DNA of 64,000 nucleotides. It comes from an uncultured Planctomycetota bacterium. Its GTDB lineage: Bacteria > Planctomycetota > PUPC01. The DNA lies in the NCBI GenBank assembly GCA_964385685.1, contig CAYLQD010000003.1:30361-94360 (forward strand), read 5' to 3'. Positions within the stretch are counted from its first letter, which is position 1, and each line of letters opens with the position of its first letter. The position numbers and the translations under genes were made by a program. Under the pieces are notes generated by a model that worked only from the letters and a program-made list of their open reading frames with translations, made no database searches and was not told the origin of the DNA. Shown here piece after piece: positions 40,251 to 49,678 of the stretch.

Positions 40251-41045
40251 ATGGTCAGGAAACGTACCCAAGAAACGAGACCGGCGAACGACCGAGCGAC
40301 GTGGCTGTCGTGGCTTCTCGGCCCGACCGACAGCTTCCAGGGCTACTGGGCCCAGTCCCGGAGCCTGGCCCTGAGCTTCGTCCTCATCGCCCCCCTCCTG
40401 CTCGCCTACGAGATCGCCCTGCTCTTCTATCCGCCGGCGAAGCCGACCGGCGCCGGGCGGTTCATGAAGCAGGTCTTCGTCGCCGTCTTCCACTCAGACG
40501 CCGGCCTCGCGCTCAACGTCGTCATTCTGTTGCTCCTGCTGTTCGCCGTCTTCCTGCTGGCGCGCCGCGGCCGCCTGCGGCTGGGCCTCATCGTCCCGAT
40601 GGTGCTCGAGAGCGCCGGCTGGGCTGCCGTGCTCGTGGGAATGGCCATCGTCATCTGCTATCGGCTGCCGAACGTCCAACTCGCCGCCGGCGCCGCCCCG
40701 ACGGTCTTCTCCGATGTCGTCGGCTCGATCGGCGCCGGCGTCTACGAGGAGATCCTATTCCGCCTCTTGTTGACGACGGCCCTGTTCGGGGTCGGGCTGA
40801 AGCTCTTCAAGCAGCGTACGGGCTATGCGGCGGCTTTCGCGGCTATCCTCAGCGCCGCGGCCTTCGCGCTCTGCCACATCTGGGCCTGGACCGATCCGTT
40901 CCAGGACCCGAAGATCTGGGTCTATCTCCTCTTCTACTTCTCGAGCGGCGTGTTCTTCTCGCTGCTCTACACCTACCGCGGGCTCGGCGTCGCCGTCTAC
41001 ACCCACGTTCTCTACGATATCGTTGTGTTGATGGCCAGCCGCTGA
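40251..41045 (+). CDS. CPBP (Abi/CAAX) family intramembrane metalloprotease
   Basis: AGVYEEILFR, FALCH, VYTHVLYD motifs; TTGACC-N18-TATACT promoter at 40210-40239. Confidence 0.8.
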   Translation: MVRKRTQETRPANDRATWLSWLLGPTDSFQGYWAQSRSLALSFVLIAPLLLAYEIALLFYPPAKPTGAGRFMKQVFVAVFHSDAGLALNVVILLLLLFAVFLLARRGRLRLGLIVPMVLESAGWAAVLVGMAIVICYRLPNVQLAAGAAPTVFSDVVGSIGAGVYEEILFRLLLTTALFGVGLKLFKQRTGYAAAFAAILSAAAFALCHIWAWTDPFQDPKIWVYLLFYFSSGVFFSLLYTYRGLGVAVYTHVLYDIVVLMASR

Positions 41046-41056
41046 CAGGCAGGAGA

Positions 41057-41725
41057 TCAGTCGGGCGGTGGGTCCGTCTTCTCCTCGGTCATGTCGGCCG
41101 GATGGCCCGGCAGCGAGAACTGCACCCACGCGCCGAGGCAGCCGAGCGTCGCCCAGCCGCAGACGAGGATGTACTTGTGGAGTGCGTCGGGCGTGAGGGC
41201 GTCGCCCGCGGCGTAGAGCGCGCCCGCCTCCGCCGGGCTCATCCCGGCGTAGAGCAACCACAGCCCGCCGATGACGAGTGCCGCCCCGTTCAGCGCCGTC
41301 GCGACCACAAGCAGGAACCGCCGGGCGAACAGCGCGACGAGCCCGCCGCCCGCCCCCGCGAGCGAAACGGCCAGCGCCCGCGTGCCCGGGCCCGAGCCCA
41401 GCGTGAAGACGGCCGCAAGCACGCCGCCGAGCGTCGCGCCCGCGACGAACACCCCGAGCAAATAGACGGCGACCATCAGCACCCCGCCGAGCACGCCGCC
41501 CGCGAGCCCGCAGGCCGCCGACACGGCGACGTTGCCGGTGGACAACCGGTGCCCGATCACCGCCGCGACGTATCCGCCGGCGAGCGCGCCGAACAGGCCG
41601 AGCGACAGCCGGAACACGCGGCGCCCGAAGAAGCACATCACGCCGCCCGCCAGCACGCAGGCCGTGAGATAGGCCATCTGGACGACGGGGCCCCGGAGGA
41701 GCGCCTCGGTGTCAGGTTCCAACAT
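41057..41725 (-). CDS. DUF4203/TMEM198-like membrane protein
   Basis: CFFGRRVFR, Gly-rich TMs, ATALNGAALVIGG, LGAWVQF. Confidence 0.7.
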   Translation of the reverse strand: MLEPDTEALLRGPVVQMAYLTACVLAGGVMCFFGRRVFRLSLGLFGALAGGYVAAVIGHRLSTGNVAVSAACGLAGGVLGGVLMVAVYLLGVFVAGATLGGVLAAVFTLGSGPGTRALAVSLAGAGGGLVALFARRFLLVVATALNGAALVIGGLWLLYAGMSPAEAGALYAAGDALTPDALHKYILVCGWATLGCLGAWVQFSLPGHPADMTEEKTDPPPD

Positions 41726-43502
41726 ACGCGTACCGCACGATGAAGAGGATCGAGAAGAGGTAGACGAGCCAGTGGACCTCGCGGCCCCGGCCCGTGACGA
41801 GCTTGAGGAAGCTGTAGCTGATGAATCCGAACGCGATCCCCTCGGTGATGCTGAACGTCAGCGGCATCACCATGATGGCGAGGAACGCGGGCAGCGCCTC
41901 GGTCGGGTCGGTCCACGTGATGTGGACGACGTTCCGCAGCATGATGCTGCCGATGATGATGAGCACGGGCGCGACGGCGGGGTGGAGGTGCTGGTAGTCG
42001 CCGCCGACCATCTTGACGACCGGGGCGAAGAAGAGCGCCGCGATGAAGAGCAGAGCGGTCACCACGTTCGCCAGGCCGGTCCGGGCGCCGTCGGCGACGC
42101 CGGCCGAACTCTCGACGTAGCTCGTGACCGTCGACGTGCCGAGCCCGGCGCCGACGACGGTCGCGACGGCATCGGCCAGGAGCGCGCCCCGTGCGCGCGG
42201 CAGCTTGCCGTCCTTGAGGAAGCCCGCCTGCTGCGAGACGCCGATGAGCGTGCCGATCGTGTCGAACAGGTCGAGGAAGAAAAAGATGAAGATGACGTGG
42301 AGCACGCCGAGCTTGATCGCCCCGAGGATGTCGAGCCGGAGCAGCCCCGTGTGCCCCGGCAGGCCGAGGACGATGTCCTTGGCGTAGCTGCTCATCACGT
42401 CGCTTTCGGCGGCAAGCGAGATGGTGCCGTAGTCGCGCCAGACCTTGCCCCTGTCGACATCATACGCGACCACCCGCAGCACCGGGCGGCCAGCCGCCTG
42501 CTCCACCTTCGGGAAGACAAGAAGCTGCCGGGGTCTGTCTGCCGGGGCCGGCCCGAGGTATTTCCGCGCCAGGTCGCAAATCCGCCCTGGGCTCGCGTCG
42601 GGAGGAATCGTGGCCTTCGCCACGGCCAGAACCTCCCGCGTGTACCGGCTGCCCGCGAAACGGAACCTGCAAATAATCATCCCTCGGCTGGCTGGGGGAT
42701 CGTCACGGTCGTAGTATCGGATCGCGGCTCTTTCGAGGGTCTCCTCGGCGGCGGACACGTCGGCCTCGATGCCCTCGGGGACGTGCGCAGGAAGAATGAC
42801 AAGCCAGGGCATCGGCTGGGACTCGGGGACGGCGACGACGCCCTTCTCCTCGATGTCGTCGGTCGACGTGATGCCGAGCGGGATGCCGACGAGGGCCGTC
42901 ACGAGGATGCCGATGAGGATGGCGCCGCGGAGCTTGAGCGCGATGAGGGCGGCCGTGAGCAGCAGGCCGCCGAGGGCGAGCAGCACGGGCGTCATATGGA
43001 TGTCGCCCATCTGGACCAGCGTGAACGGGGAGTCGACCGCCAGCCCCGCCCACTGGAACCCGAGGAAGGCGATGAGGATGCCGATCCCGACGGCGATGGC
43101 GTGCTTGAGCGACGGCGGGATCGCATTGACGATCTTTTCGCGGAACCCGAAGAGCGAGAGCGCGATGAAGAGCGTCCCCGAGATGCAGACCGCGCCGAGC
43201 CCCGTCCGCCAGTTGATCGTGCCGTCGCGGCAGAGCTTGACGAACAGCACGTTGTGGCCCATCGCGGCGGCGAGGGCGATGGGGTAGTTGGCGAAGAAGG
43301 CCATCAGGAGCGTGCCGACGGCCGCCGAGATGCACGTCGCCATGAAGACCGTGTGCCAGCTCAGGCCCGTGCCGGCCAGGATGATGGGCTGCACGAAGAT
43401 GATGTACGACATGGTGAGGAACGTCACGACGCCCGCGCGGACCTCCGTCCCGGCCGTCGTGCCGTTCTCGCTGAGCTTGAAGAGCCGGTCCAGTCGTGAC
43501 AT
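41712..43502 (-). CDS. NCS2 family (AzgA/PbuG-type) purine permease with a large loop insertion
   Basis: LFKLSENGTTAGTEVRAGVVTFLTMSYIIFVQP, DLFDTIGTL, TSYVESSAGVADGARTGL, MPLTFSITEGIAFG. Confidence 0.9.
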   Translation of the reverse strand: MSRLDRLFKLSENGTTAGTEVRAGVVTFLTMSYIIFVQPIILAGTGLSWHTVFMATCISAAVGTLLMAFFANYPIALAAAMGHNVLFVKLCRDGTINWRTGLGAVCISGTLFIALSLFGFREKIVNAIPPSLKHAIAVGIGILIAFLGFQWAGLAVDSPFTLVQMGDIHMTPVLLALGGLLLTAALIALKLRGAILIGILVTALVGIPLGITSTDDIEEKGVVAVPESQPMPWLVILPAHVPEGIEADVSAAEETLERAAIRYYDRDDPPASRGMIICRFRFAGSRYTREVLAVAKATIPPDASPGRICDLARKYLGPAPADRPRQLLVFPKVEQAAGRPVLRVVAYDVDRGKVWRDYGTISLAAESDVMSSYAKDIVLGLPGHTGLLRLDILGAIKLGVLHVIFIFFFLDLFDTIGTLIGVSQQAGFLKDGKLPRARGALLADAVATVVGAGLGTSTVTSYVESSAGVADGARTGLANVVTALLFIAALFFAPVVKMVGGDYQHLHPAVAPVLIIIGSIMLRNVVHITWTDPTEALPAFLAIMVMPLTFSITEGIAFGFISYSFLKLVTGRGREVHWLVYLFSILFIVRYAYVGT

Positions 43503-43631
43503 GTGTGGGGTCCTGCCGAGCGCGCGCCCGTTCCGTCGAAGCATGGTAGCCCGCCCGCGCGGGCGATTCAAGAGCGCGTTAGGGGGCAGGCGGCGTGATC
43601 CTGGGCACGGTGGGGAACCGCTTCGCCGGTC

Positions 43632-45611
43632 TCAGGGCGAGGATCGCTTGATGCGTCTGATGGCTTGGTCTGCGGCGTCGTGACCGGCGTCGACGCTGTC
43701 CGTCTGGAGCTTCTCCAAGGCAGGGACCGCCTCCCTGGCGGCCGGGCCGATCCGGCCGAGCGCCCGGGCCGCCGTCACCCGCACACCCAGGGCCTCGTCC
43801 GCCAGGGCCGCAACAAGGGCCGGGACCACCTCGTCGGTCGTCGCGCCGATCCGCCCGAGCGCCCGGGCCGCGGCCACTCGGACGCCCGTGGTCGTGTCCT
43901 TCAGAGCCGCGATCAGGCCGGGGACAACACCATCGGTCACCGCGCCAACAGCGCCGAGCGCCTCGACGGCGGTCCGACGGATTGCCTCGTCGTCGTTCTT
44001 CAGGGCGGCGACAAGCGCCGGGACGGCTGCGGCCGACTTCCGAGCAATCTTGCTCAGAGCCAGCGCGGTCAACTCCCGGACCCTCGGATCCTCATCGTTC
44101 AGTGCCTCCGCGAGCGCCGGAATGGCGGGCTCCGCGGCCGCGCCGATCCTGCCCAAGGCCGCGGCGGCGGCGCGCTGGATGTCGGGATCGTCGTTCTTGA
44201 GCGCCTTAGCCAGGATGGGAACGCCTTCGGGCCGGGCTCGCCCGAGTTCCCAGGCCACGAAGCGCCTGCCCCTCGGCGTTCCTTCCACGAGCGCCTGGGT
44301 CAGGGCGGGCACGGCCTCCTTCGGCGGCGGGCCCAAGTCGGCAAGTACCTCGCCCGCAAGGCGCTGGACGGCCGAATCGCTGTCCGTCAACATCTCGGCC
44401 AAGGCGACAACGCCGTCGGGCTGTATTCGTCCGAGCGCACGGGCGGCGCCTCTTCGGAGCGACAGATCGTGCCCTTTGACGGCGTCCCTGAGCAGGCTCA
44501 AGATCGCGGGAGCATCCTGCGAGCCACGGGCGAGTCCCGCGAGGGCGCCGACCGCGGCCACACGGACGCCCCGGTCCGTGTCCTTCATCGCGTCCATCAG
44601 GGGACCGAGAGCCGTCCTCGCATGCGGGCCAATCATGCCGAGCCCGGCAGCGGCGTGCTTCCGCACAAGCGGCTCCTCGGCCCCGAGCTTCGCCAGCAGC
44701 ACGGGGACGGCGTCCGGCAAGGGCGGGCCGACTTGGCCGAGGGCCTGGTCGGCGCCCATTCGCACGTTCTCGTCCTCGTCCGTCAAGGCCTCGAGCAGTA
44801 GCGGAAAAGCGGCCGGCACGTCCGCGGGCAAGTATCCGAGTTGGACCGCGGCGTTTGCGCGGAGCCCAGGGTCGTTGGCGCCAAGCACCACGATGTGCCT
44901 CGCGGCCGCGGCCTCCGGGCTCGGGCCCGGCCGCGAGAGCGCCCACCCGGCGGCGCCTCGAATCCGCTCGCCACCATTCTCGTAGGCCCAAATCAGCGCG
45001 CGAACGGCCTCCTTCGAGGTCGGGGTGATGTCGCTGAGCGCGCTGACCGCGGAATGCCGCACCTGCACGTTATCATGCCGGAGCAACTCGACGAGCCCCG
45101 GAACGGCTCGCGCGTCGGCCGGGCCAATCTTCTCGAGGGCCCGACGAGCGTCCCATTTCAACCCCGGCTCCGCGTGATTGTCTGAGGCGGGGATGAGCGC
45201 GGGGATGGCGATGTTCGCACGCGGACCCAATCTGCCAAGCGCTTCCACAGCCAGCTTCTGAGACCAGAAGGGCCCCTCACGCAGGGCCTCCACGAGCGGC
45301 GGGACGGCTGCTTCACCCATCGCCACGAGGTCGCGCATGGCATCCCTCTCCTCGCGGGGTCGCTCGGTGAAGCCGAGCCCCGCGGCCGTCCCGTCCACGG
45401 CGAATGCGATCGCCTCGAACGGATCGTCCAATGCTGACGGCGGCCTGCTGCCCCGATGAAGTTCATGAAGGAACGCCCGCACCTTGAGGCGCGCCGGAGA
45501 TATATTCAGGAGCGCGAAGACGAGGAGCCCCATGATTGTGGCGGCGGAAACATACGCAATCACGCGCACTCTCGCCAACGGCGGTGTCCGCACAGTTCTC
45601 ACTCCCAACAC
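43632..45611 (-). CDS. HEAT/PBS-lyase repeat protein with N-terminal TM
   Basis: Many A.PAL..AL.D.D..VR..AA.ALG.IG repeats. Confidence 0.9.
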   Translation of the reverse strand: MLGVRTVRTPPLARVRVIAYVSAATIMGLLVFALLNISPARLKVRAFLHELHRGSRPPSALDDPFEAIAFAVDGTAAGLGFTERPREERDAMRDLVAMGEAAVPPLVEALREGPFWSQKLAVEALGRLGPRANIAIPALIPASDNHAEPGLKWDARRALEKIGPADARAVPGLVELLRHDNVQVRHSAVSALSDITPTSKEAVRALIWAYENGGERIRGAAGWALSRPGPSPEAAAARHIVVLGANDPGLRANAAVQLGYLPADVPAAFPLLLEALTDEDENVRMGADQALGQVGPPLPDAVPVLLAKLGAEEPLVRKHAAAGLGMIGPHARTALGPLMDAMKDTDRGVRVAAVGALAGLARGSQDAPAILSLLRDAVKGHDLSLRRGAARALGRIQPDGVVALAEMLTDSDSAVQRLAGEVLADLGPPPKEAVPALTQALVEGTPRGRRFVAWELGRARPEGVPILAKALKNDDPDIQRAAAAALGRIGAAAEPAIPALAEALNDEDPRVRELTALALSKIARKSAAAVPALVAALKNDDEAIRRTAVEALGAVGAVTDGVVPGLIAALKDTTTGVRVAAARALGRIGATTDEVVPALVAALADEALGVRVTAARALGRIGPAAREAVPALEKLQTDSVDAGHDAADQAIRRIKRSSP

Positions 45612-45769
45612 ATCCCGCTCGATGATTCTACCACGCCCGTCCCCCCGCGTCCACTGGCGGTGACCGTGGGAGCCGGCTCGAATCTTTTCCCTTGCCGTCC
45701 CGTCGGTTCTGCGCTATCGTGTCGGCCACCGGCGGTGGGAGTGGCTTCGATTCTCTCGGGAGTCCTGGA

Positions 45770-46237
45770 ATGCAGTACGAGTGCGAGAAGTGCGGAGAGG
45801 TGCACACGTTCACCGGCCGGCCGGAAGGCGAGGATCGCGCCTGCTCGAAGTGCGGTGGGACGCTGCGCCTCAAGCCGGCCCCCGCGAGCCGATCCGGAAG
45901 CGGGTCTCTCGGCCGTGGGCGTCGGCGACACGCCGCGCGGGGACTCGTCGGCGGAGGCCGTTTCGAAGTACTTCGATTCGTTGGTTATGCCTATCTGGTC
46001 GCGGCATTGGTCATGGCCGTCCTCGCGATTATCGGAGTGATCGACCTGTCGACCAAGGGCAAGATCACGGGGGCCATCGTGGTGCTCGTCGTTGGGATTC
46101 TCACGGCCATCACCTATGTCGGCGCCGCCGAGGTGATCCGGCTATTCATAACCGTTGAAGACAGTTCACAGCGCAGTGCGAACGCTCTCGAGAGGATCGA
46201 ACACCAGCTCGCCTCCCGTAACGAAACAGACGATTAA
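45770..46237 (+). CDS. Zinc-ribbon protein with two C-terminal TM helices
   Basis: MQYECEKCG...CSKCG followed by hydrophobic helices and a ...IEDS..RSA..L tail. Confidence 0.7.
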   Translation: MQYECEKCGEVHTFTGRPEGEDRACSKCGGTLRLKPAPASRSGSGSLGRGRRRHAARGLVGGGRFEVLRFVGYAYLVAALVMAVLAIIGVIDLSTKGKITGAIVVLVVGILTAITYVGAAEVIRLFITVEDSSQRSANALERIEHQLASRNETDD

Positions 46238-46382
46238 GACGCTCCAAGCGGCTTCCGACTCAACGCGCACGTGGCCGCCCTCGCTCCCGCTTTACTTCAA
46301 TCCGCCCGGCTGCTATAGTCGATTAGTGGCCCCTTTCCTGATGTGTGAGCAAACTTTTTGGCGGGGCGCCCGTTAGGTAGTA

Positions 46383-46976
46383 GTGGTCGACCGCGATATG
46401 GCCAAGACCGATGCCGAGCTGATGCTGGAGTTTCAGCGGGGGCGCGAGCAGGCGTTCGCGGAATTGGTGACCCGGTTCCGGGGCCCCCTGCTGAACTACT
46501 TCTATAAGCTCTTGTGGGACCGGCAGTTATCGGAAGACTGCTGTCAGGAGGTGTTCTGCCGGATCTTCCGGCACCGCGATCAATACGTCCCGGCCGCCAG
46601 CTTCGCGACGTATCTGTACCGGATCGGCCGGAACCTGTGGATCGACCGGTATCGGGCGCGGCGGAACCGCCCGGCGTCGGCGTCGCTCGACGCCGCGGTC
46701 GACGAGGACGGGCACACGATGGGCGGGCTGATGCCCGCGGACGTGGAGGACCCGTCGTCGCGGGCCGAGCTGGCCGATGAGTTCGGAAAGGTGCGGCAGG
46801 CGCTCGACTGCCTGTCGCCGGACCTGAAGGAAACGCTGATCCTGGTGAAGTACCAGGGCTTGAAATACGCGGAGGCGGCGGAGGCGCTCGGCGTGCCGAT
46901 CGGCACGGTCCGGTCGCGCATCCACGCGGCCATCGAGCAGGTCCGCCAACTGCTCCGCGTCGAGGCGGACGTCTGA
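46383..46976 (+). CDS. ECF RNA polymerase sigma factor
   Basis: DAELM..FQRGREQAFAELV, EDCCQEVF, FATYLYRIGRNLWID, LKYAEAAEALGVPIGTVRSRIH. Confidence 0.92.
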   Translation: MVDRDMAKTDAELMLEFQRGREQAFAELVTRFRGPLLNYFYKLLWDRQLSEDCCQEVFCRIFRHRDQYVPAASFATYLYRIGRNLWIDRYRARRNRPASASLDAAVDEDGHTMGGLMPADVEDPSSRAELADEFGKVRQALDCLSPDLKETLILVKYQGLKYAEAAEALGVPIGTVRSRIHAAIEQVRQLLRVEADV

Positions 46977-46991
46977 GGCAGGGATGCACCA

Positions 46992-48725
46992 ATGAGCCAG
47001 AACGAGCAACAGTGTGAGGAGATTCGGCGGCTGCTGGCCGACCGCGTCGCGGGCCAGCTCGACGAGCCGGCCGTGGCGAAGGTCGAAGGGCACGTTGCGG
47101 CGTGCGCCGCCTGCCGGAGCTATGCCGAGGAACTGGCGGCGACCGACGTTCTGCTGGCGTCGGCCCCGTCGCTCGAGCCGTCGGCCGAGTTCGACGCCCG
47201 GCTCGCCGAGCAGCTTCGGAGCGAGCGGGACCGCGAGCGCGCCGAGCGGGTGACGGTGTTGGCCACGCTGGCGGCAGGGCTGCGGCGGCTGAGGCAGTTC
47301 GAACTCGGTGTGGCCGTGTATCCGCTCGTGCTGCTCTGCGTCGTGTATGTGATGTGGGCGATCGGCACGCGCCGGGACGACGTCCGGATCGTAGATGGCG
47401 ACGACGGCGGGGGCGGCGTGCTCATCATCTATCCCGGCCGCGACGACACGCCGGAGCCGGCGAGCAGGGCCCTGGCCAGGGTCGAGGCGGACGCCGTGGC
47501 GGAAGAGCGGACGATTGCGCCCATCCGAAGCGATCCGTATGTGCCGATGCTGCCGGACCCGGAGTTCGACAGGAACCTGATCGGTGTCCGTGTTGTCTAT
47601 GTGCCGCAGCCGGCGCAGGCAGAGCCGAAGACGGTGGCGGAGTTCGAGCAGCTTCCCGAGCCGGATGTCGAAGAGGTCAAGCTGCCGCTCCCGACGGGCG
47701 CCCCCGGCGGCTCGCGGCTCGCGCGGGCCCGGTTCCTTCGCATCAAGCACTCACGAATGCGTAGCGCGCGGCGCGCGATCTCGAAGGGCGTGGTGTGGCT
47801 CATCAAGCATCAGGACAAGACGGGCTATTGGGCCTCGGCGAGCGCGGAATACAGCCGCCAGGAAGTCACGGCGGCCGCGACGCTCGCCCTGATGGAGTCG
47901 GGCTTCGCCCCGAGCGGCCGGAGCACGCCGTCGCGGCACCTGCGGGCCGGCCTGACGTGGCTTCTGGAGCAAAAGCAGACGGACGGGATGCTGGCCCCGG
48001 CGGGCGCGCGTCAGTGGCAGGGGCACACGATGGCCTGTGTGGCCCTGAGCGAGGCGCTCCGCCTGACGGACGACGAGCGGGTCCGGATGCGGTTCCGGGA
48101 GGACGTGCAGGCGGCGGTCGGGAAGCTGGCCGCGGCGCAGCCGGAGTCGGGCGCGTGGGGCAACGACGACCCCGAGTTGACGGCGATGGTCGTGATGGCC
48201 GCGGGCGCGGCCCGCGCGGCCGGCCTGGCCGTCGACGCGGCCACGCACCGGACGCGGCTCGCATGGCTCGAGTCGGAGGCCGGCAGGCGTCTCTCCACAG
48301 CTTATGCCTCGGAAGGCGACGACCACAAGGCCGGCCCGAACCGGTCTTACTACGCCATCGGCGTGATTCTCGGCTCGCCGGACGACCCGTCGGGCACCGA
48401 CGACCACGCGCGGCGGATGGCTCGGTCGCTGGCCGAGGCGCCGGTCGTTTGGGGCGCCGGCGACTTTTTCCGGTGGTACGCGGGCACGCTGGCCGCGTAC
48501 CAGTTCAACGGCGGGCTCTGGCGACGGTGGCGCGGCCGGATGCTCGAGGAGCTTCTGCGGCACCAGGAGGGAACGCCTCCGTCGAAGGCGGGCGACGATC
48601 CACGCGGAAGCTGGGCTCCGCACGCCGTGACAAAGGCGGGCGGGCCGGCTTATTCGACGGCGCTCGCGGTCCTGAGTCTGACCGCATCCTATGGTCATTC
48701 GCCGCTTTACGGCGGCTCCCGATAA
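46992..48725 (+). CDS. Zinc-finger (ZAS) anti-sigma factor fused to a prenyltransferase/squalene-oxidase-like repeat domain
   Basis: HVAACAAC (HxxxCxxC), a TM helix, then KGVVWLIKHQDKTGYW, AGLTWLLEQKQTDG, AQPESGAWG, ALAVLSL. Confidence 0.75.
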   Translation: MSQNEQQCEEIRRLLADRVAGQLDEPAVAKVEGHVAACAACRSYAEELAATDVLLASAPSLEPSAEFDARLAEQLRSERDRERAERVTVLATLAAGLRRLRQFELGVAVYPLVLLCVVYVMWAIGTRRDDVRIVDGDDGGGGVLIIYPGRDDTPEPASRALARVEADAVAEERTIAPIRSDPYVPMLPDPEFDRNLIGVRVVYVPQPAQAEPKTVAEFEQLPEPDVEEVKLPLPTGAPGGSRLARARFLRIKHSRMRSARRAISKGVVWLIKHQDKTGYWASASAEYSRQEVTAAATLALMESGFAPSGRSTPSRHLRAGLTWLLEQKQTDGMLAPAGARQWQGHTMACVALSEALRLTDDERVRMRFREDVQAAVGKLAAAQPESGAWGNDDPELTAMVVMAAGAARAAGLAVDAATHRTRLAWLESEAGRRLSTAYASEGDDHKAGPNRSYYAIGVILGSPDDPSGTDDHARRMARSLAEAPVVWGAGDFFRWYAGTLAAYQFNGGLWRRWRGRMLEELLRHQEGTPPSKAGDDPRGSWAPHAVTKAGGPAYSTALAVLSLTASYGHSPLYGGSR

Positions 48726-48853
48726 CCGTCGCCGCCCGGCGCCTCGATCTCCCAAGCCACCCTTTTTCCATCCCGTCACAACGTTTGACATTCCCCGGCT
48801 CATGTGCTTTACTTACCGTAGGGAGTGGCTATTCGGAGGGGACAACAGCCGCT

Positions 48854-49402
48854 GTGAAGAGAAAGAGTTGGATACCGCCTTCGGCCGCTGCCGAGTACTT
48901 CAGCGTCAGCAGGTCGACTGTCCAGGCGTGGATCTCGAGCGGCAAGCTTCGGGCGGCGAAGCTGCCCACCGGGCATTTCCGCATTCTCAGCCGGGACGTG
49001 ATCAAGTGCCTGCTCGAGTTGGGAAGGAACATTCCACGAGAGCTTGGCGACCTCTCGAACAAGCGCGTGCTCATCGTCGACCCCGACCGCGCCGCGGCCG
49101 CCGCGATGGCCGGCATGCTCCATAAGGCCAGCGGCTGCAAGGTGTCCGTCGCGGAGACCGCGCCCGACGCGCGGGGCCTGCTCAACGCGGTGCAGCCGGA
49201 CCTCATTGTGCTCGGCATCCGGCACGTCGGGCCGCTCGGCGACAACGGCGACTCGCCCGACATGCTGATCCTGGCCCGCGGCTCCGATCAGCCCGCCGAG
49301 GCGACCGACGACGAGATCTCGTTCAGCGTCAGCGAAATCCTCCCCGTCCCCGTCAACGATCGCACGCTCGCCTGCCGTGTCGCCAACGTCCTTCTGGGCT
49401 AG
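48854..49402 (+). CDS. Excisionase-type HTH DNA-binding protein fused to a degenerate receiver domain
   Basis: PSAAAEYFSVSRSTVQAWISSGKLRAAKLPTGHFRI, then RVLIVDPD...QPDLIVLGI (no phospho-acceptor Asp). Confidence 0.75.
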   Translation: MKRKSWIPPSAAAEYFSVSRSTVQAWISSGKLRAAKLPTGHFRILSRDVIKCLLELGRNIPRELGDLSNKRVLIVDPDRAAAAAMAGMLHKASGCKVSVAETAPDARGLLNAVQPDLIVLGIRHVGPLGDNGDSPDMLILARGSDQPAEATDDEISFSVSEILPVPVNDRTLACRVANVLLG

Positions 49403-49449
49403 CCAGCCGTCCCCGTGGCCTTCCGCTGAATCCGGTCGCCCGTTTCGGC

Positions 49450-49479
49450 TTGACCGCGATGGGTTGGGTCGCCTACAAT
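49450..49479 (+). promoter_or_regulatory. Putative sigma70 promoter of the prepilin-type gene
   Basis: TTGACC-N18-TACAAT immediately before MITE copy 2. Confidence 0.5.
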
Positions 49480-49481
49480 TA

Positions 49482-49654
49482 GACTATTGAGGTCCATGTT
49501 GGTAATGGAATCGCGGCAGCTTATCAAGAGATTCTTCGCTGACGCTCAGAATGACAGAACTATAGGTCACACAATGAGACATGTCATCCTGAGCGAAGCG
49601 AAGGACCTCTGTTGTTCCTCGTTGATGTTCCATTATCAGCATGGAGTTCAATAG
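49482..49654. mobile_element. MITE family A copy 2
   Basis: gactattgaggtccatgttggtaatggaa ... ttccattatcagcatggagttcaatag, with the inner REP-like doublet. Confidence 0.75.
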
Positions 49655-49678
49655 AAGGCCCCTATCGGAGGTTGCACC

